A DNA stretch of 64,000 nucleotides, from NCBI GenBank assembly GCA_964016885.1, contig OZ024741.1:46066001-46130000 (forward strand). Reading direction: 5' to 3'. This document shows, one piece after another, positions 50,028 to 64,000 of this stretch. Each line of letters starts with the position of its first letter. The stretch's first letter is position 1. The notes beneath the pieces are model-generated. The model saw nothing but the letters and a program-made list of their open reading frames with translations, made no database searches and was not told where the DNA came from. This DNA is from Eledone cirrhosa (taxonomy: Eukaryota). Position numbers and translations under genes: made by a program.

Positions 50028-50199
50028 TTGCCGAAATACTCGCGCCTTGCTGCGTTTCACACATCTTTTTGTAAGAAAATGATGATTGATTTTAAATCAG
50101 TGATATAATATTACTCAATGTAAAATGTAATGCATGAAAAATTGGAAACATTATTTTTTGTAATATATCAAATCAAAATTACATTATTAAATCTTATTC

Positions 50200-50655
50200 T
50201 TATTTTGTTTCTTGTAAATAATTATTTTCAAAATATCAATTCAAAACTTTTGTGGATTGGCATCATATCTTGTCATTTACCTATGGTTTAAATTTCATAT
50301 AAATCGAAGGGAAAACATTTTCAGCGGGGGGTTTGTGCTTCGTGGAACCCTAATAGTGTGTTTAACCTCCATTAGGGTGTCTTAATATTATTGAAACTTG
50401 CTGAAATTTTGTGAATAGGCATCATATCTTGTCCTTTACGAATGGTTTAAATTTCATATAGATCGAAGGGAAGTAATTTTCAGCTGGGGTTTTGTGCCCG
50501 TGGGAACCCTTTGATTAAAAGAAAATATACGTAAGAAATCAAATGGGCATGAGCCCCCACACATTTGTCAAGTTTCATCAAGATCGGTTTGGTAGTTTTT
50601 GAGTTTTAGGTTCACAAACACAGACATAAACAGACAGAAATTGCCATTTATGTAT
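50200..50655 (+). mobile_element. Non-autonomous Helentron/DINE-like repeat with an internal ~170-bp duplication
   Basis: GGCATCATATCTTGTC...TCGAAGGGAA is duplicated; 3' AAGTTTCATCAAGATCGG...ACAGACAGA...TATATA. Confidence 0.4.
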
Positions 50656-50753
50656 ATATACATATATATATAAATGAAAAGTATAGAAATTATTGTAGCA
50701 AGAAGCCAACAGTATTCCATAATATATATTCCATATATATATCTATATATATA

Positions 50754-50924
<171 letters not shown>

Positions 50925-51018
50925 GTGTGTGCGTGTGTGCGTGCGATGGTAGCTAAGAGGCTTCCATAGGCGGTATCCCGGTTGAGTACTCTATGCTCTT
51001 ACAGAGCAGAGTATGATA

Positions 51019-51345
51019 GAATAGAAAACGAAAAATCAGTGATGCATCTGAACTCAATTTATTCTGTGTTACAATTGTTTCGCTGACGGACAGCTCGAGA
51101 CGCAATCATTGTGTGGATCTGTCTGATTCTGGACCCGCAGGTTCGACGGACACGTCTAAAGATTTCGGACCATATTTCCAGTGAGAGAATATGCTCCGAA
51201 ATCATTAGACATATCCGTCGAACCTGCGGGTCCAGAATCAGACAGATCCACACAATGATCGCGTCACGAGCTGTCCGACGGGGAAACAATTGTAACACAC
51301 AATAAATTGAGTTCAGATGCATCACTGATTTTACGTTTTCTATTC
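51019..51345. repeat. ~325-bp near-perfect palindrome next to (TA)n
   Basis: Arms of about 155 bp around a short loop near 51180. Confidence 0.9.
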
Positions 51346-51346
51346 A

Positions 51347-51499
<153 letters not shown>

Positions 51500-52125
51500 G
51501 TTAAGTACGCATGTATCTATGTAGGTGTGCATACAAATAAATATTTATATATGTATTTAGTTCTTTTTTATTAGAGTGAAAATGTTGAAAGCAATATATC
51601 ATTTGTGCAACCTTTCATTTTACGTCAGTAAAATATGACTTGTTGAAACAATTGACAAAAAATAATCTCAGGCGGCCGGAATGTATAAATTCTAGAAATA
51701 TGATATTCAACAAATAAGAGTTATACTTCCTTAAATACGCACGTACTTCGATTTTAAATAAAACCACCATTGCCTTCCGGGAACATAAATAATTGTTGAT
51801 GGATGGAAAGTTTGGGAAACATTTTTTTCAATTGTTGATATATTCTAAATCGTTGTTAATGTTTATGACTAATTTTACCTTGGTTTCTGGACAATTACAT
51901 GACAGAAATACTCCCACCTTTTTACGCTAGTAATTGTATAATTTGTACTTAAAAAGCGAAAAATAAAAATTAGCCTGATGATACAATTCAATTCTTAAAA
52001 CTGATAGCTATCGTGAGCTTAAAATGGTTTTAAAACTCAGTAGGGTATTTTCAGTTCATCAAGGACATGTTTTGTTAAAATATCTTCCTTTAGTGCGTGG
52101 TGACTAGAACAATATCAGTCTAGAT

Positions 52126-55100
52126 CAGTCTAGAAGCAGTGTGCTGCGAGATCTTCCTAAGTGTGCCGCAAAACTTTGAACGGCACAAATTTCTCACTAA
52201 AGAAGCCAGCTATTTGACTGATGATATTCGAAACACTGCAACAAAATAAGTTCATAGCTGTGTTTTTCTTTATTTAGTTTGAGTCATTCTATGTGTCTAT
52301 GACTAGTCTGTGTCTACGGTTGTATGTCGTCTATGACTAGTCTGTGTCTACGGTTGTATGCCGTCTATGACTAGTCTGTGTCTACGGTTGTATGCCGTCT
52401 ATGACTAGTCTGTGTCTACGGTTGTATGCCGTCTATGACTAGTCTGTGTCTACGGTTGTATGCCGTCTATGACTAGTCTGTGCCTACGGTTGTATGCCGT
52501 CTATGACTAGTCTGTGTCTACGGTTGTATGCCGTCTATGACTAGTCTGTGCCTACGGTTGTATGCCGTCTATGACTAGTCTGTGTCTACGGTTGTATGCC
52601 GTCTATGACTAGTCTGTGTCTACGGTTGTATGCCGTCTATGACTAGTCTGTGTCTACGGTTGTATGCCGTCTATGACTAGTCTGTGCCTACGGTTGTATG
52701 CCGTCTATGACTAGTCTGTGTCTACGGTTGTATGCCGTCTATGACTAGTCTGTGCCTACGGTTGTATGCCGTCTATGACTAGTCTGTGTCTACGGTTGTA
52801 TGCCGTCTATGACTAGTCTGTGCCTACGGTTGTATGCCGTCTATGACTAGTCTGTGCCTACGGTTGTATGCCGTCTATGACTAGTCTGTGTCTACGGTTG
52901 TATGCCGTCTAAGACTAGTCTGTGTCTACGGTTGTATGCCGTCTATGACAAGTCTGTGTCTACGGTTGTATGCCGTCTATGACTATTCTGTGCCTACGGT
53001 TGTATGCCGTCTATGACTAGTCTGTGCCTACGGTTGTATGCCGTCTATGACTAGTCTGTGTCTACGGTTGTATGCCGTCTATGACTAGTCTGTGTCTACG
53101 GTTGTATGCCGTCTATGACTAGTCTGTGTCTACGGTTGTATGCCGTCTATGACTAGTCTGTGTCTACGGTTGTATGCCGTCTATGACTAGTCTGTGCCTA
53201 CGGTTGTATGCCGTCTATTACTAGTCTGTGCCTACGGTTGTATGCCGTCTATGACTAGTCTGTGTCTAAGGTTGTATGCCGTCTATGACTAGTCTGTGCC
53301 TACGGTTGTATGCCGTCTATGACTAGTCTGTGTCTACGGTTGTATGCCGTCTATGACTAGTCTGTGCCTACGGTTGTATGCCGTCTATGACTAGTCTGTG
53401 TCTACGGTTGTATGCCGTCTATGACTAGTCTGTGTCTACGGTTGTATGCCGTCTATGACTAGTCTGTGTCTACGGTTGTATGCCGTCTATGACTAGTCTG
53501 TGCCTACGGTTGTATGCCGTCTATGACTAGTCTGTGTCTACGGTTGTATGCCGTCTATGACTAGTCTGTGTCTACGGTTGTATGCCGTCTATGACTAGTC
53601 TGTGCCTACGGTTGTATGCCGTCTATGACTAGTCTGTGCCTACGGTTGTATGCCGTCTATGACTAGTCTGTGCCTACGGTTGTTTGACGTCTATGACTAG
53701 TCTGTGCCTACGGTTGTATGCCGTCTATGACTAGTCTGTGTCTACGGTTGTATGCCGTCTATGACTAGTCTGTGTCTACGGTTGTATGCCGTCTATGACT
53801 AGTCTGTGTCTACGGTTGTATGCCGTCTATGACTAGTCTGTGCCTACAGTTGTATGTCGTCTATGACTAGTCTGTGCCTACGGTTGTATGCCGTCTATGA
53901 CTAGTCTGTGCCTACGGTTGTATGCCGTCTATGACTAGTCTGTGTCTACGGTTGTATGCCGTCTATGACTAGTCTGTGTCTACGGTTGTATGCCGTCTAT
54001 GACTAGTCTGTGTCTACGGTTGTATGCCGTCTATGACAAGTCTGTGTCTACGGTTGTATGCCGTCTATGACTAGTCTGTGTCTACGGTTGTATGCCGTCT
54101 ATGACTAGTCTGTGTCTACGGTTGTATGCCGTCTATGACTAGTCTGTGTCTACGGTTGTATGCCGTCTATGACTAGTCTGTGCCTACGGTTGTATGCCGT
54201 CTATGACTAGTCTGTGTCTACGGTTGTATGCCGTCTATGACTAGTCTGTGTCTACGGTTGTATGCCGTCTATGACTAGTCTGTGTCTACGGTTGTATGCC
54301 GTCTATGACTAGTCTGTGTCTACGGTTGTATGCCGTCTATGACTAGTCTGTGTCTACGGTTGTATGCCGTCTATGACTAGTCTGTGCCTACGGTTGTATG
54401 CCGTCTATTACTAGTCTGTGCCTACGGTTGTATGCCGTCTATGACTAGTCTGTGTCTACGGTTGTATGCCGTCTATGACTAGTCTGTGCCTACGGTTGTA
54501 TGCCGTCTATGACTAGTCTGTGTCTACGGTTGTATGCCGTCTATGACTAGTCTGTGTCTACGGTTGTATGCCGTCTATGACTAGTCTGTGCCTACGGTTG
54601 TATGCCGTCTATGTCTAGTCTGTGTCTACGGTTGTATGCCGTCTATGACTAGTCTGTGCCTACGGTTGTATGCCGTCTATGTCTAGTTTGTGTCTACGGT
54701 TATATGCCGTCTATGACTAGTCTGTGTCTACGGTTGTATGCCGTCTATGACTAGTCTGCGTCTACGGTTGTATGCCGTCTATGACTAGTCTGTGTCTACG
54801 GTTGTATGCCGTCTATGACTAGTCTGTGTCTACGGTTGTATGCCGTCTATGACTAGTCTGTGCCTACGGTTGTATGCCGTCTATGACTAGTCTGTGTCTA
54901 CGGTTGTATGCCGTCTATGACTAGTCTGTGTCTACGGTTGTATGCCGTCTATGACTAGTCTGTGCCTACGGTTGTATGCCGTCTATGACTAGTCTGTGCC
55001 TACGGTTGTATGCCGTCTATGACTAGTCTGTGCCTACGGTTGTATGCCGTCTATGACTAGTCTGTGCCTACGGTTGTATGCCGTCTGTGACTAGTCTGTG

Positions 55101-55685
55101 TCTACGGTTGTATGCCGTCTATGACTAGTCTGTGTCTACGGTTGTATGCCGTCTGTGACTAGTCTGTGTCTACGGTTGTATGCCGTCTATGACTAGTCTG
55201 TGTCTACGGTTGTATGCCGTCTATGACTAGTCTGTGTCTACGGTTGTATGCCGTCTATGACTAGTCTGTGCCTACGGTTGTATGCCGTCTATGACTAGTC
55301 TGTGTCTACGGTTGTATGCCGTCTATGACTAGTCTGTGTCTACGGTTGTTTGCCGTCTATGACTAGTCTGTGTCTACGGTTGTATGCCGTCTATGACTAG
55401 TCTGTGTCTACGGTTGTATGCCGTCTATGACTAGTCTGTGTCTACGGTTGTATGCCGTCTATGACTAGTCTGTGTCTACGGTTGTATGCCGTCTATGACT
55501 AGTCTGTGTCTACGGTTGTATGCCGTCTATGACTAGTCTGTGTCTACGGTTGTATGCCGTCTATGACTTGCCATGTTTTTATTTTGTAAAATTCAAATAT
55601 TTTTCATATATATTTAGCCAGGTATGCCCCTATTTTTTCATGTGTTCTAAGGTGTGCCGTTGGCAAAAAAGGTTGAGAACCACTG
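52126..55685. mobile_element. Charlie-type (hAT) non-autonomous element with 8-bp TSD GTCTAGAT
   Basis: Right TIR AAAAAGGTTGAGAACCACTG; GTCTAGAT at 52118-52125 and 55686-55693; left TIR reduced to CAGT. Confidence 0.75.
52295..55568. repeat. 34-bp minisatellite (GTCTATGACTAGTCTGTGTCTACGGTTGTATGCC)n, about 96 copies
   Basis: Direct 34-bp periodicity with a T/C variant; no spacers. Confidence 0.95.
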
Positions 55686-56708
55686 GTCTAGATAGTTATA
55701 TAATATATTTTCTCCATTACTTGCAAACTTAAAAACTGTTGATAATCTGACCTAATATACTGTTTTTATAGATTTGCTATCTTGCTCATAAATGCCATCC
55801 TTATTTCTTTTGCTTTAATAAAGCACATCGTATATCCCGGTAGTTCCATGCTTACTTCGTTTAATTTGTAAAAATGCCAGCAAGATATGCTATGTATATC
55901 AGTTCAGTTGCTTTCTAAATAAATGCAGATCATGTCCTTGACAAGATGTTTAAAGACTCAGAATAGATCCAAAAGATCATTAAAATTTCACAAACAATAT
56001 CCTTTAGAAAACTACCGAACATTAGGGTATAATAAAAGCCACTCAAATTATTTTTATTTTCGTGGCAAAACTGCTGAAATATACGGTTATTCAATGGGTA
56101 GGCTTTTATTTGCTACTTTGATTACAGCTTGTAAAGCTTCATGCTTTGAAACCAAATATTGATGTTGTATAATGCAGTTGATCGTAAAGATGTTTGGAAC
56201 CGCGTTTCTTAAATCCACAATAACGGCCAATCGTACATGCAATAATATTTGTAAGGGAAATACTTCTTTCATTCAAAAACTTTTCAATTGTCTTGAGAAT
56301 TGCTGAAAGACTGGTGTCAGTCAATTTTCAGTTGTTAAGTAAACAAGAATTCCTTAATGATGTCTTCATCTGCATTTAACTAGTAAACTTAGACTAATAT
56401 TAAAGTATCGCTGTCACGCAATGTCATCTTATCAAATTGTAAACAAACTTCAGTGGTTTTCAAATCATCGGTGAGTTTAGTTTCAATACCATTTCTATTT
56501 CATCAATTCTAGCTGACACTAAACTGTGCGAAGTGGAATTAACGGATATATATTAGATGTATCTATCATAGTATTAACAACCTTGTTTCACGACTGGCAA
56601 AATAAGAGTTTGTCCGATAATATGAAGCTTTCCAAATTTGGTAATTAGTTCAGAATTGTTTAATGTAATTTTGTATGCTTGAAGACCACCACAGGAATAA
56701 TTTACCAG

Positions 56709-56875
56709 AGAAGAAGAAGAAGAAGAAGAAGAAGAAGAAGAAGAAGAAGAAGAAGAAGAAGAAGAAGAAGAAGAAGAAGAAGAAGAAGAAGAAGAAGAAG
56801 AAGAAGAAGAAGAAGAAGAAGAAGAAGAAGAAGAAGAAGAAGAAGAAGAAGAAGAAGAAGAAGAAGAAGAAGAAA
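56709..56875. repeat. (AAG)n microsatellite
   Basis: Perfect run. Confidence 0.95.
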
Positions 56876-57189
56876 TTAGCTTCTTACGTTAATGTATTTG
56901 TTTTTTAAATATTCTTTTGAGAGTAGATCGATTTAAAAAATTTAGTTTTAATCACAAGAGTAATTTACAAACTTCTTTATTTTGTCCTGGTGTTATATTT
57001 TTAAGAGATCAATCATTCTTGAATGCATGATTCCTTTAGTTGAGAAGGTATTCTCGCATATTAAGTAATTTCTTAAGTATTTATCATTTACAGGTAGAAT
57101 AACGCCATATTTCATGTGTTCGAGTATTGACAGCACATTCATTTTTGAGGGTCATTCATTCTCGTGGAATACAAACAATAACTTATAAT

Positions 57190-57530
57190 TTCTCATCTGG
57201 GATTCCACATGCTGTGACACCTACTCTACTAGCAACCTGGTGCGTTAGGCTACCAGGCAAGGCTCCGCTGTCCGCCAAGCCGAAGAGGTTCTATCACAAA
57301 CATGTGGTAGAGCCTGTAGCAGTGGAGACTTCCAGCGTTCTTGACCCCTCCCCCACCCGGACTACATCCCTAATTACTGCTATCAGAGCGCAGTTGGCCG
57401 ACCGCAGGTGCGAGTCACGCGAGGGGGAGTGGCTGTTTCAGCACGTCTCACTCGCCGTCCTCCGAGTCAATATATTCTCCATCCTGTCGACCGAGATCCA
57501 TAGGCGGAAGGTAAGTTAGTTGGAGGTAGG
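57190..57530 (+). mobile_element. CRE-clade LINE 3' fragment (restriction-like endonuclease C-terminus)
   Basis: EPVAVETSSV...RCESREGEWLFQHVSLAVLRVNIFSIL resembles P.AVET.G...D.RE..FL.QR.S.AV.RGN of CRE elements. Confidence 0.65.
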
Positions 57531-58455
57531 GGATACTCGTTCGGACGTCACTTTCTCTCTATGTCTATATGTAGGAATAGCTTGAATTAATGGTTATAAT
57601 TTTGCTTTCAATATATATTCTTCGGTATCAAATCTCGAATTGACGGAATGACTAAAAGTTTTAAAATGAAACAATGTATATATAATCAGACATCTTCTGT
57701 CGAATCCTTTCATAATATTAGACCCGCGCAGTGTATATTTAAAAGTTTCTTGCAGAAAATCTATTCCTTGACAAAATGTTTATTTTTTTGTGAGCTAGCC
57801 AGATTTTTAAGTGGTAAGTGGAAAAGCTTTGTCATATAGAGAAACACTGAAATAGATGATATATAAACATTATATATTTTTAGTTCTTCAAACGGTTTGA
57901 TCAAAATTCTGATACATATTTTGTGAAGCATGTGTTTCCTTTAAAGAGACGGAAAAGAATGGGCAAAGATAGGAACAACAAATAAAAGATGAATGGCTTT
58001 GAGGTAACCAGGAGAGATATGCAGATTTTAGATTGAATATTCATTCAACGTTATTCCTTGGGGTCGTTTTAGGAACACATGTAAAGTACAGTACGTCTTT
58101 ATTAAGGAACAGTTAAAGAGAGCAACAGTGTCCTAAAGAGATTTGTCAGTAGCTGCAGTTTAAAAAAGACAGAAAGGACGTTCATTAGTTTCTATCTTTC
58201 ACAGTGACATATGCTGCACATATGTTGGTGAACCCAAAACTCCTGGTTACCCCTCAAGCTTAACCGTTTAATTTAATCACTTCCATTCGTCTTTTGTTTT
58301 CCTTCCCTCTCTTTCTGTTTCTTTTTTTGTTTGTCTTTCACACAGTAATTGATAGAAATAACACAACCCCTAGGGATCACTTTCGTTGATTACCATGCAT
58401 ACTTTGTCCTCTCTTTCTCTCTCTCTCCCCTCTCTCTCCCTCTCTCTCTCCCCCC

Positions 58456-58531
<76 letters not shown>

Positions 58532-58628
58532 TATGTGTATATATATATATATACACACATATATATATATATATACACTCTGCTATGTATTGAGTACCTT
58601 ACTTACTGTGATTACCTCGATTGAACCC

Positions 58629-58815
<187 letters not shown>

Positions 58816-58874
58816 TAGGTAGAGAGATAGATGGATAGATAGATTAAGGAAAATCGATGACGTTTCGTCTACAT

Positions 58875-58955
58875 GTTTTTATTGACTATCGACCTGTTAC
58901 GTACGTTTCACAGATGATTCCTAACGTACGTAACAGGTCTATAATCAATAAAAAC
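58875..58955. repeat. Short palindrome
   Basis: GTTTTTATTGA.TAT.GACCTGTTACGTACGTT ... AACGTACGTAACAGGTC.ATA.TCAATAAAAAC. Confidence 0.8.
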
Positions 58956-59836
58956 CTAAAAACGTAACTTCTTCGCTTTGTTCTTAACAAATGCACTCTA
59001 CCTGTGCATTGAATGTTCATATTAGTACCTTGGTACCACCACCAGTAAATCACTGAATCACGCACACACTTATATATATATGTATATAATATATATATAT
59101 ATACAGAGAGAGAGAGAGAAATTATAGCGTTTCCCATAGCCACGCTAAAAACTTATAGCCCCTTGAGAGTTCACAACGCCCCCTTGAGGGTCTTACCGCG
59201 TATGTTGAGAATCAGGTAATAGACCAGACCATGGAATCATCCCTAATATACGCTTACTATATATTTGATCAACACTTAATGGATAAAAGAAATATTCACA
59301 CCGAAAGGACTGGAATATCAATAAATATATTTTGTATAGCATTTAGACTGACATTCTATATGTGCAGACAACTAGCTTGCTTATATTAATAATACTGAAT
59401 AAAACTCAAGAAATATGTTAATATATATTACCATAAATATAAAGTCACATGTATATAAACAAGCATGACCTCACGCCAATAACACTCACAAATACACAAT
59501 TTCTATATATACATACTTGCGATTACACATAAGCGTGCAGACTCATTCTCCTTCGAGAGAGGGCAAATATGATTTACTCTTTACTAAATATCGATTATTC
59601 TATTCATATATATATATATATATACAGAGAGAGATAGAGAGAGAGACAGAGGTATAAATAGTCCAGAATTAGCCGTCGAAACGGCTTGAGCTCAGCCGTC
59701 GGGGTTCTACTCGTTCCTATTACCCACTCTACTACCCTAAGTATTGAGTACTTTGGTGCATTATGGTCCACCTGGTTCCTTACCACATTTCCTTCGTTAT
59801 ATATATATATAACGATATAGATACAGATATATTCAC

Positions 59837-59889
<53 letters not shown>

Positions 59890-60602
59890 TATATATATAT
59901 GCATATTTATATATATATATGCATATTTATATATATATATATATATATATATGTGGAGGAGAGGGAGTGTGTGTGTGCAGAGAAAAATAACACGTTATTT
60001 TGAACATAAACATTTAGATGCTTCCAGGTGCATAGATTCAGCGCCATACCTTTACCTCATGTATCATGCATACAACACAGTCAATAGCAGATATTTTCGT
60101 CTTAAAAACGTCAATTTCTTTTCTTTCACATATTCCTTTACCTTCCTTCTAAATAAAAGTTATTTTTTTCGTCCTTGTATATTATTACATCATTCCTAGT
60201 TCAATATTTTGTTTCTGTCAATTCAATATTTTGAAATGTTATTTTTATTTTCATTTTGTTTGAAACTCGGCTGAACTTCCAACAGTGAAAGCGTTACAAG
60301 TCAAAATGTCAAGAAATCGTGGCTTCTTTTAAAATATTTTTTATCCTTTTTTTATTTACACATAAATCATCAATACCGTTTTTCTCCAAGACAGTAAAAT
60401 CGTGGTTGGTTACATGGCCTATTATAGTAGACATTATAAGAGAAGAAAACAGTAAGCTAATGGAAGGTAATAGCAGTCTTTTGAATTTCCATTTCTATTA
60501 GGAAAGTTTTAATATTCTTTTATTTATGGGATGACGCAGATTTTGTTCGGTTGGCGGAATATATTTTATTGAATTTATCTATCTGTACGTACACACACAC
60601 AC

Positions 60603-60686
<84 letters not shown>

Positions 60687-60719
60687 GTATATATGTGTGT
60701 GTGTGTGTGTATGTATTTA

Positions 60720-60757
<38 letters not shown>

Positions 60758-60821
60758 CATGTGTGTATATATATATATATATATATACTCACACACACAT
60801 GTTTATACATATATATGTGTC

Positions 60822-60898
<77 letters not shown>

Positions 60899-61099
60899 GT
60901 GTGTGCGTGTGTGTGCGTGTGTGTGCGTGTGCGCGAGTGTCTGTTTGTGTAAGTGTGTGTATCTATACATGTATATGCATTTATTTATATGTATATATTT
61001 ATATATTTATATATATGTACATATTCCGAGTAAACATATTTTCTCTTAAACGTGTATTTAGGCTAGGATATGTTAATCTAATTTATACGCGTTCTTTCA

Positions 61100-61450
61100 T
61101 ACTTCATATTTTCCTATAAGTACCTATAGTGTGTTTGGAATTTTAAAGTCAACAAATCTATCATCGATATTTCTAGACCTACACAGTCTCATTTTCTGGA
61201 TGATGTCATTGGTGTTGGTATGTGCTGCTTCATATATTGTGTAGGTATGAACAGTGAGATTAGCAGGCCTCTCAACTTTCCCTGTCCGACAGGGAGATCT
61301 CCCACCCACTTTGTGAAAACTGGTATAGCTTTAATTATGTAAAATCTCACCATTTCGGCTCATTTCTCCCCGTTTTGGGGAACTTCTTTTCATGGTACTT
61401 CCTGTTTGGGTTTTTAGAGGTTGTCAGGTCTGGATTAGTGTTCATATTCA
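61100..61450 (-). mobile_element. Possible very decayed PLE RT remnant
   Basis: PANLTVHTY..YE...SRNIDDRF loosely resembles ANL....YE...RYIDD. Confidence 0.25.
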
Positions 61451-62064
61451 TATTACTAACAGGACATAGATCAATGAACATTAGAATGTATTTGTACTTC
61501 CCTATTAGGAAGAGTTTAATTTTTTTTGTTGGTGACTAGTGTATGTTAACTGTGTTTCATTTAGCATTGTGATGTATTATTAATATAATTCATATCATTA
61601 AACGTCTGTTTCTTGGAGAATTTTATGTTAGAAAATAAAACCATTGGCTGCCCCATTCTCTTAACAAAACACTCATAAAATACCGTTATACTAACCGCCG
61701 ACCCGCACACATAATTCCCATTAAACTAAACCCCACCCGTATCTTACATTCAGTAAACTAACCGCACCAGATAGATATTCCATTTACTATGTTTTCCTAT
61801 CTAGTTTTCTGTCGTCTTCTGTTGTAATGCAGTACATTGTAATACAGTGCTTCTTCTTGTAACGGTTTAGTATCCCGCTTGTAATGTTCAATATAGCAGT
61901 CTGAGTATTGATATTTACAACTTTCAATTTTACAATCGAATTTATGACTCGGGATTGTATTTAGTTTATTGTTAGTGGCTTTACAAATTTGGGCTTTATT
62001 ATTGATCAGAAGGATTCAATTCCAATGATTTATAATATGCTGCAGGACCGGTGCTGCCAATGAT

Positions 62065-62245
62065 GGTTTCTGATATATGCACAAGGCCAGCAATTTTAGG
62101 AGAGGGGAAAATCGATAAAATGGCCCCCAGTGCATTACTTGAACTTTATTTTATCGACCCCGTAAGGATGAAAGGCAAAGCTAACCTCGGTGAGATTTGA
62201 ACTCTTACCGTAAAGGGCCATCACTCAACGCTGTAAAGCATGCTG
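62065..62245 (-). mobile_element. SINE (major family)
   Basis: Reverse complement of the central domain TTTATCGACCCCGTAAGGATGAAAGGCAAAG. Confidence 0.75.
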
Positions 62246-62664
62246 CTAATGATGGTAGCAAGTATGTTGTAGGTCTTTAAGTTCTGGAGTTCAGGGAGTG
62301 TCTCTCAAGTACAATAGGATTACTGGATATATGAATAATCATACCCAATGGGGAATTTGCGTTTTGATAAATGTGAGAACCCTATAGCTTATTGGCACGT
62401 GGAATTTTTTAAATATAAGAACTCTATTTTAGAATTTATTTCTAGGATATAATTAAATAAATGTTCAGAGTATATGTACAAATGACATACAGGATTAAAT
62501 GTATCAGTAACTTTGAAGAAATAACTATTTATAGGGCCAAAAATAAGGTTAGAACCCATGACCTTGTGACTGGAAAGCGAAATTGCTATTGTAGCAACAT
62601 GACTGAGATAGGAATTGCATTGTGTGCATTTATATTTTTATGTAAATTTTAAAGTTGCAGACAA

Positions 62665-62718
<54 letters not shown>

Positions 62719-63377
62719 GTACACACATGCTGCATTATTATGGTCGACTATTATTGTAAATTTATGATTAAGTACAATACATTATATACTAGAGTTTTTG
62801 AAGTTTTGGTAATGCGTTCATAGTTTTATATATTTAGCATGCATTAGGCTCCTGTGATACACTTTGAGTTGTTTGGTTACTGGTGATAATTGGAGTATCT
62901 GATGTATTTATTGCGTTGAACTTGTGTCCATTGTTCTGTGGTTTGAGCTGCTAGTGTGCTTGTATATCCATTATTCAATACAGTTTATTGTGTTCTGTGA
63001 AATTTATTCTTCGTGTAGTGCTTTGTTTGAGTCTAAATGGTGTTTTAAGTAAAATGTCCGCAGCAGACAACCCATATTTGTCTGGGAATTGTGTCAATGA
63101 AAGTACACACACTTATGGTCTTTAGTATAGAAGGGCGTGATATATCTGCTACATATTTCTCTCTGAAATTTTATATCTACAAATGTAACCCTAAGATTGT
63201 TATTCAGGCAGTTAGGGTTATTATATATCCGTACGGCCTAGGTTTCTAGCTATTTCTTCAATCCTTCAACATATATTGTTGTATCTATTAAGACGAAAAT
63301 ATAATTCACATATTTAGTATGTATCATGCAACACAAGTCTTCTTCTTCTTCTTATTATTATTATTATTATTATTATT

Positions 63378-64000
63378 TCGCCGCAAGCACGTCGGTCGCA
63401 ATGCCTTTGCTAAGCGCCTCGTCTAATTTTCTAACTAGTTCTCCCTCTGCTCTATTTTTCTCTATTGCTAAAGCCTTACTAAATCTAATCGATTCTATTC
63501 TAATCGCTCTTTTCAGAGCAAACCACCACTTGTTGTTGACGATGGCCCCCGTCAACGCCCGCTTAACTAGTTCGCTAATCCGGTCTCTGTAGGCCTTGCG
63601 CGCTGGTAAGGACGCGTTTAGCTTCCAGTAGCCGGGTCCTCGTCTATGAAGCCTATCTAAGTCAAGCACACAGATCACGAATTTGTGGTCCGTGTAGCTG
63701 ACTATCTTGAATTGTGGACAGCCTATCTATTTCCCTACAAAATACTCTATCTAGATATGATCTGGATGACCCTATGCGGTTTGTCCAAGTCCACATTGGC
63801 ACATTCGGGAAATCCAATCGGTACCTGTCAGACAGTTCAAAACGCCTGAGCAGGTTGGTGAGGCTCTTGCACCCTCCACCCCTATCCGCTAATCCCACAC
63901 AGTCCCAGCGTGCATCTAAGATCCCGTTCCAGTCGCCCACTAACACTAAAGAGCGGGACGTTCCAAGAAAGGTCTCCAGACGCCGGAAGAAATCAGGCCG
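63378..64000 (-). mobile_element. Fragment of another Tx1 ORF2 (APE end), frameshifted, running off the window
   Basis: GDWNGILD, RSYLDR, GPGYWKLN, LTGAIVNNKWW are homologous to copies 1 and 3. Confidence 0.88.

Larger units (their letters stand above)
51880..57120 (-). pseudogene. Highly decayed hAT/Charlie-type (ZBED-like) transposase, interrupted by a MITE and (AAG)n
   Basis: Fragments IEKFLNERSISLTNIIAC and AVPNIFTINCIIQHQYLVSK..ALQAVIKVANK resemble the Charlie CxxH region. Outer boundaries are approximate. Confidence 0.55.

Noticed and set aside
50950-50995. 5S rRNA-like fragment on the minus strand
   Set aside because: Only about 35 nt of weak similarity.
52295-55568. CRISPR-like 34-bp repeats
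   Set aside because: Units are contiguous with no unique spacers, there are no cas genes, and the context is eukaryotic.

Overview
Eukaryotic, AT-rich, microsatellite-dense DNA. The SINE and microsatellite content suggests a cephalopod such as Octopus (inference). No host gene could be supported; the window is almost entirely transposable elements. (1) A head-to-tail array of L1/Tx1-clade LINEs (23.2-36.9 kb) plus a 3' stub at 5.4-5.7 kb, all inserted in (GATA)n. (2) A near-complete Penelope-like element (PLE, RT + GIY-YIG) at 39.5-45.6 kb with an inverted 5' arm, plus several PLE remnants. (3) A decayed hAT/Charlie transposase interrupted by a Charlie-type non-autonomous element carrying about 96 copies of a 34-bp repeat. 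(4) Fragments of RTE, R4-like, CRE and CR1/L2 LINEs and about ten tRNA-derived SINEs. The main finding is a non-coding system: several families of 420-525 bp units, each carrying a type I hammerhead ribozyme (CUGANGA...GAAA...UH with a palindromic stem III), i.e. non-LTR retrozyme-like elements. They occur as tandem or circularly permuted copies in (TA)n, share a common insertion endpoint, show Penelope-style inverted 5' arms, and in two families carry an octamer (plus AP-1-like) motif reminiscent of the snRNA-type promoter of newt satellite 2. Together this suggests self-cleaving, probably circular RNAs mobilised by PLE reverse transcriptase.
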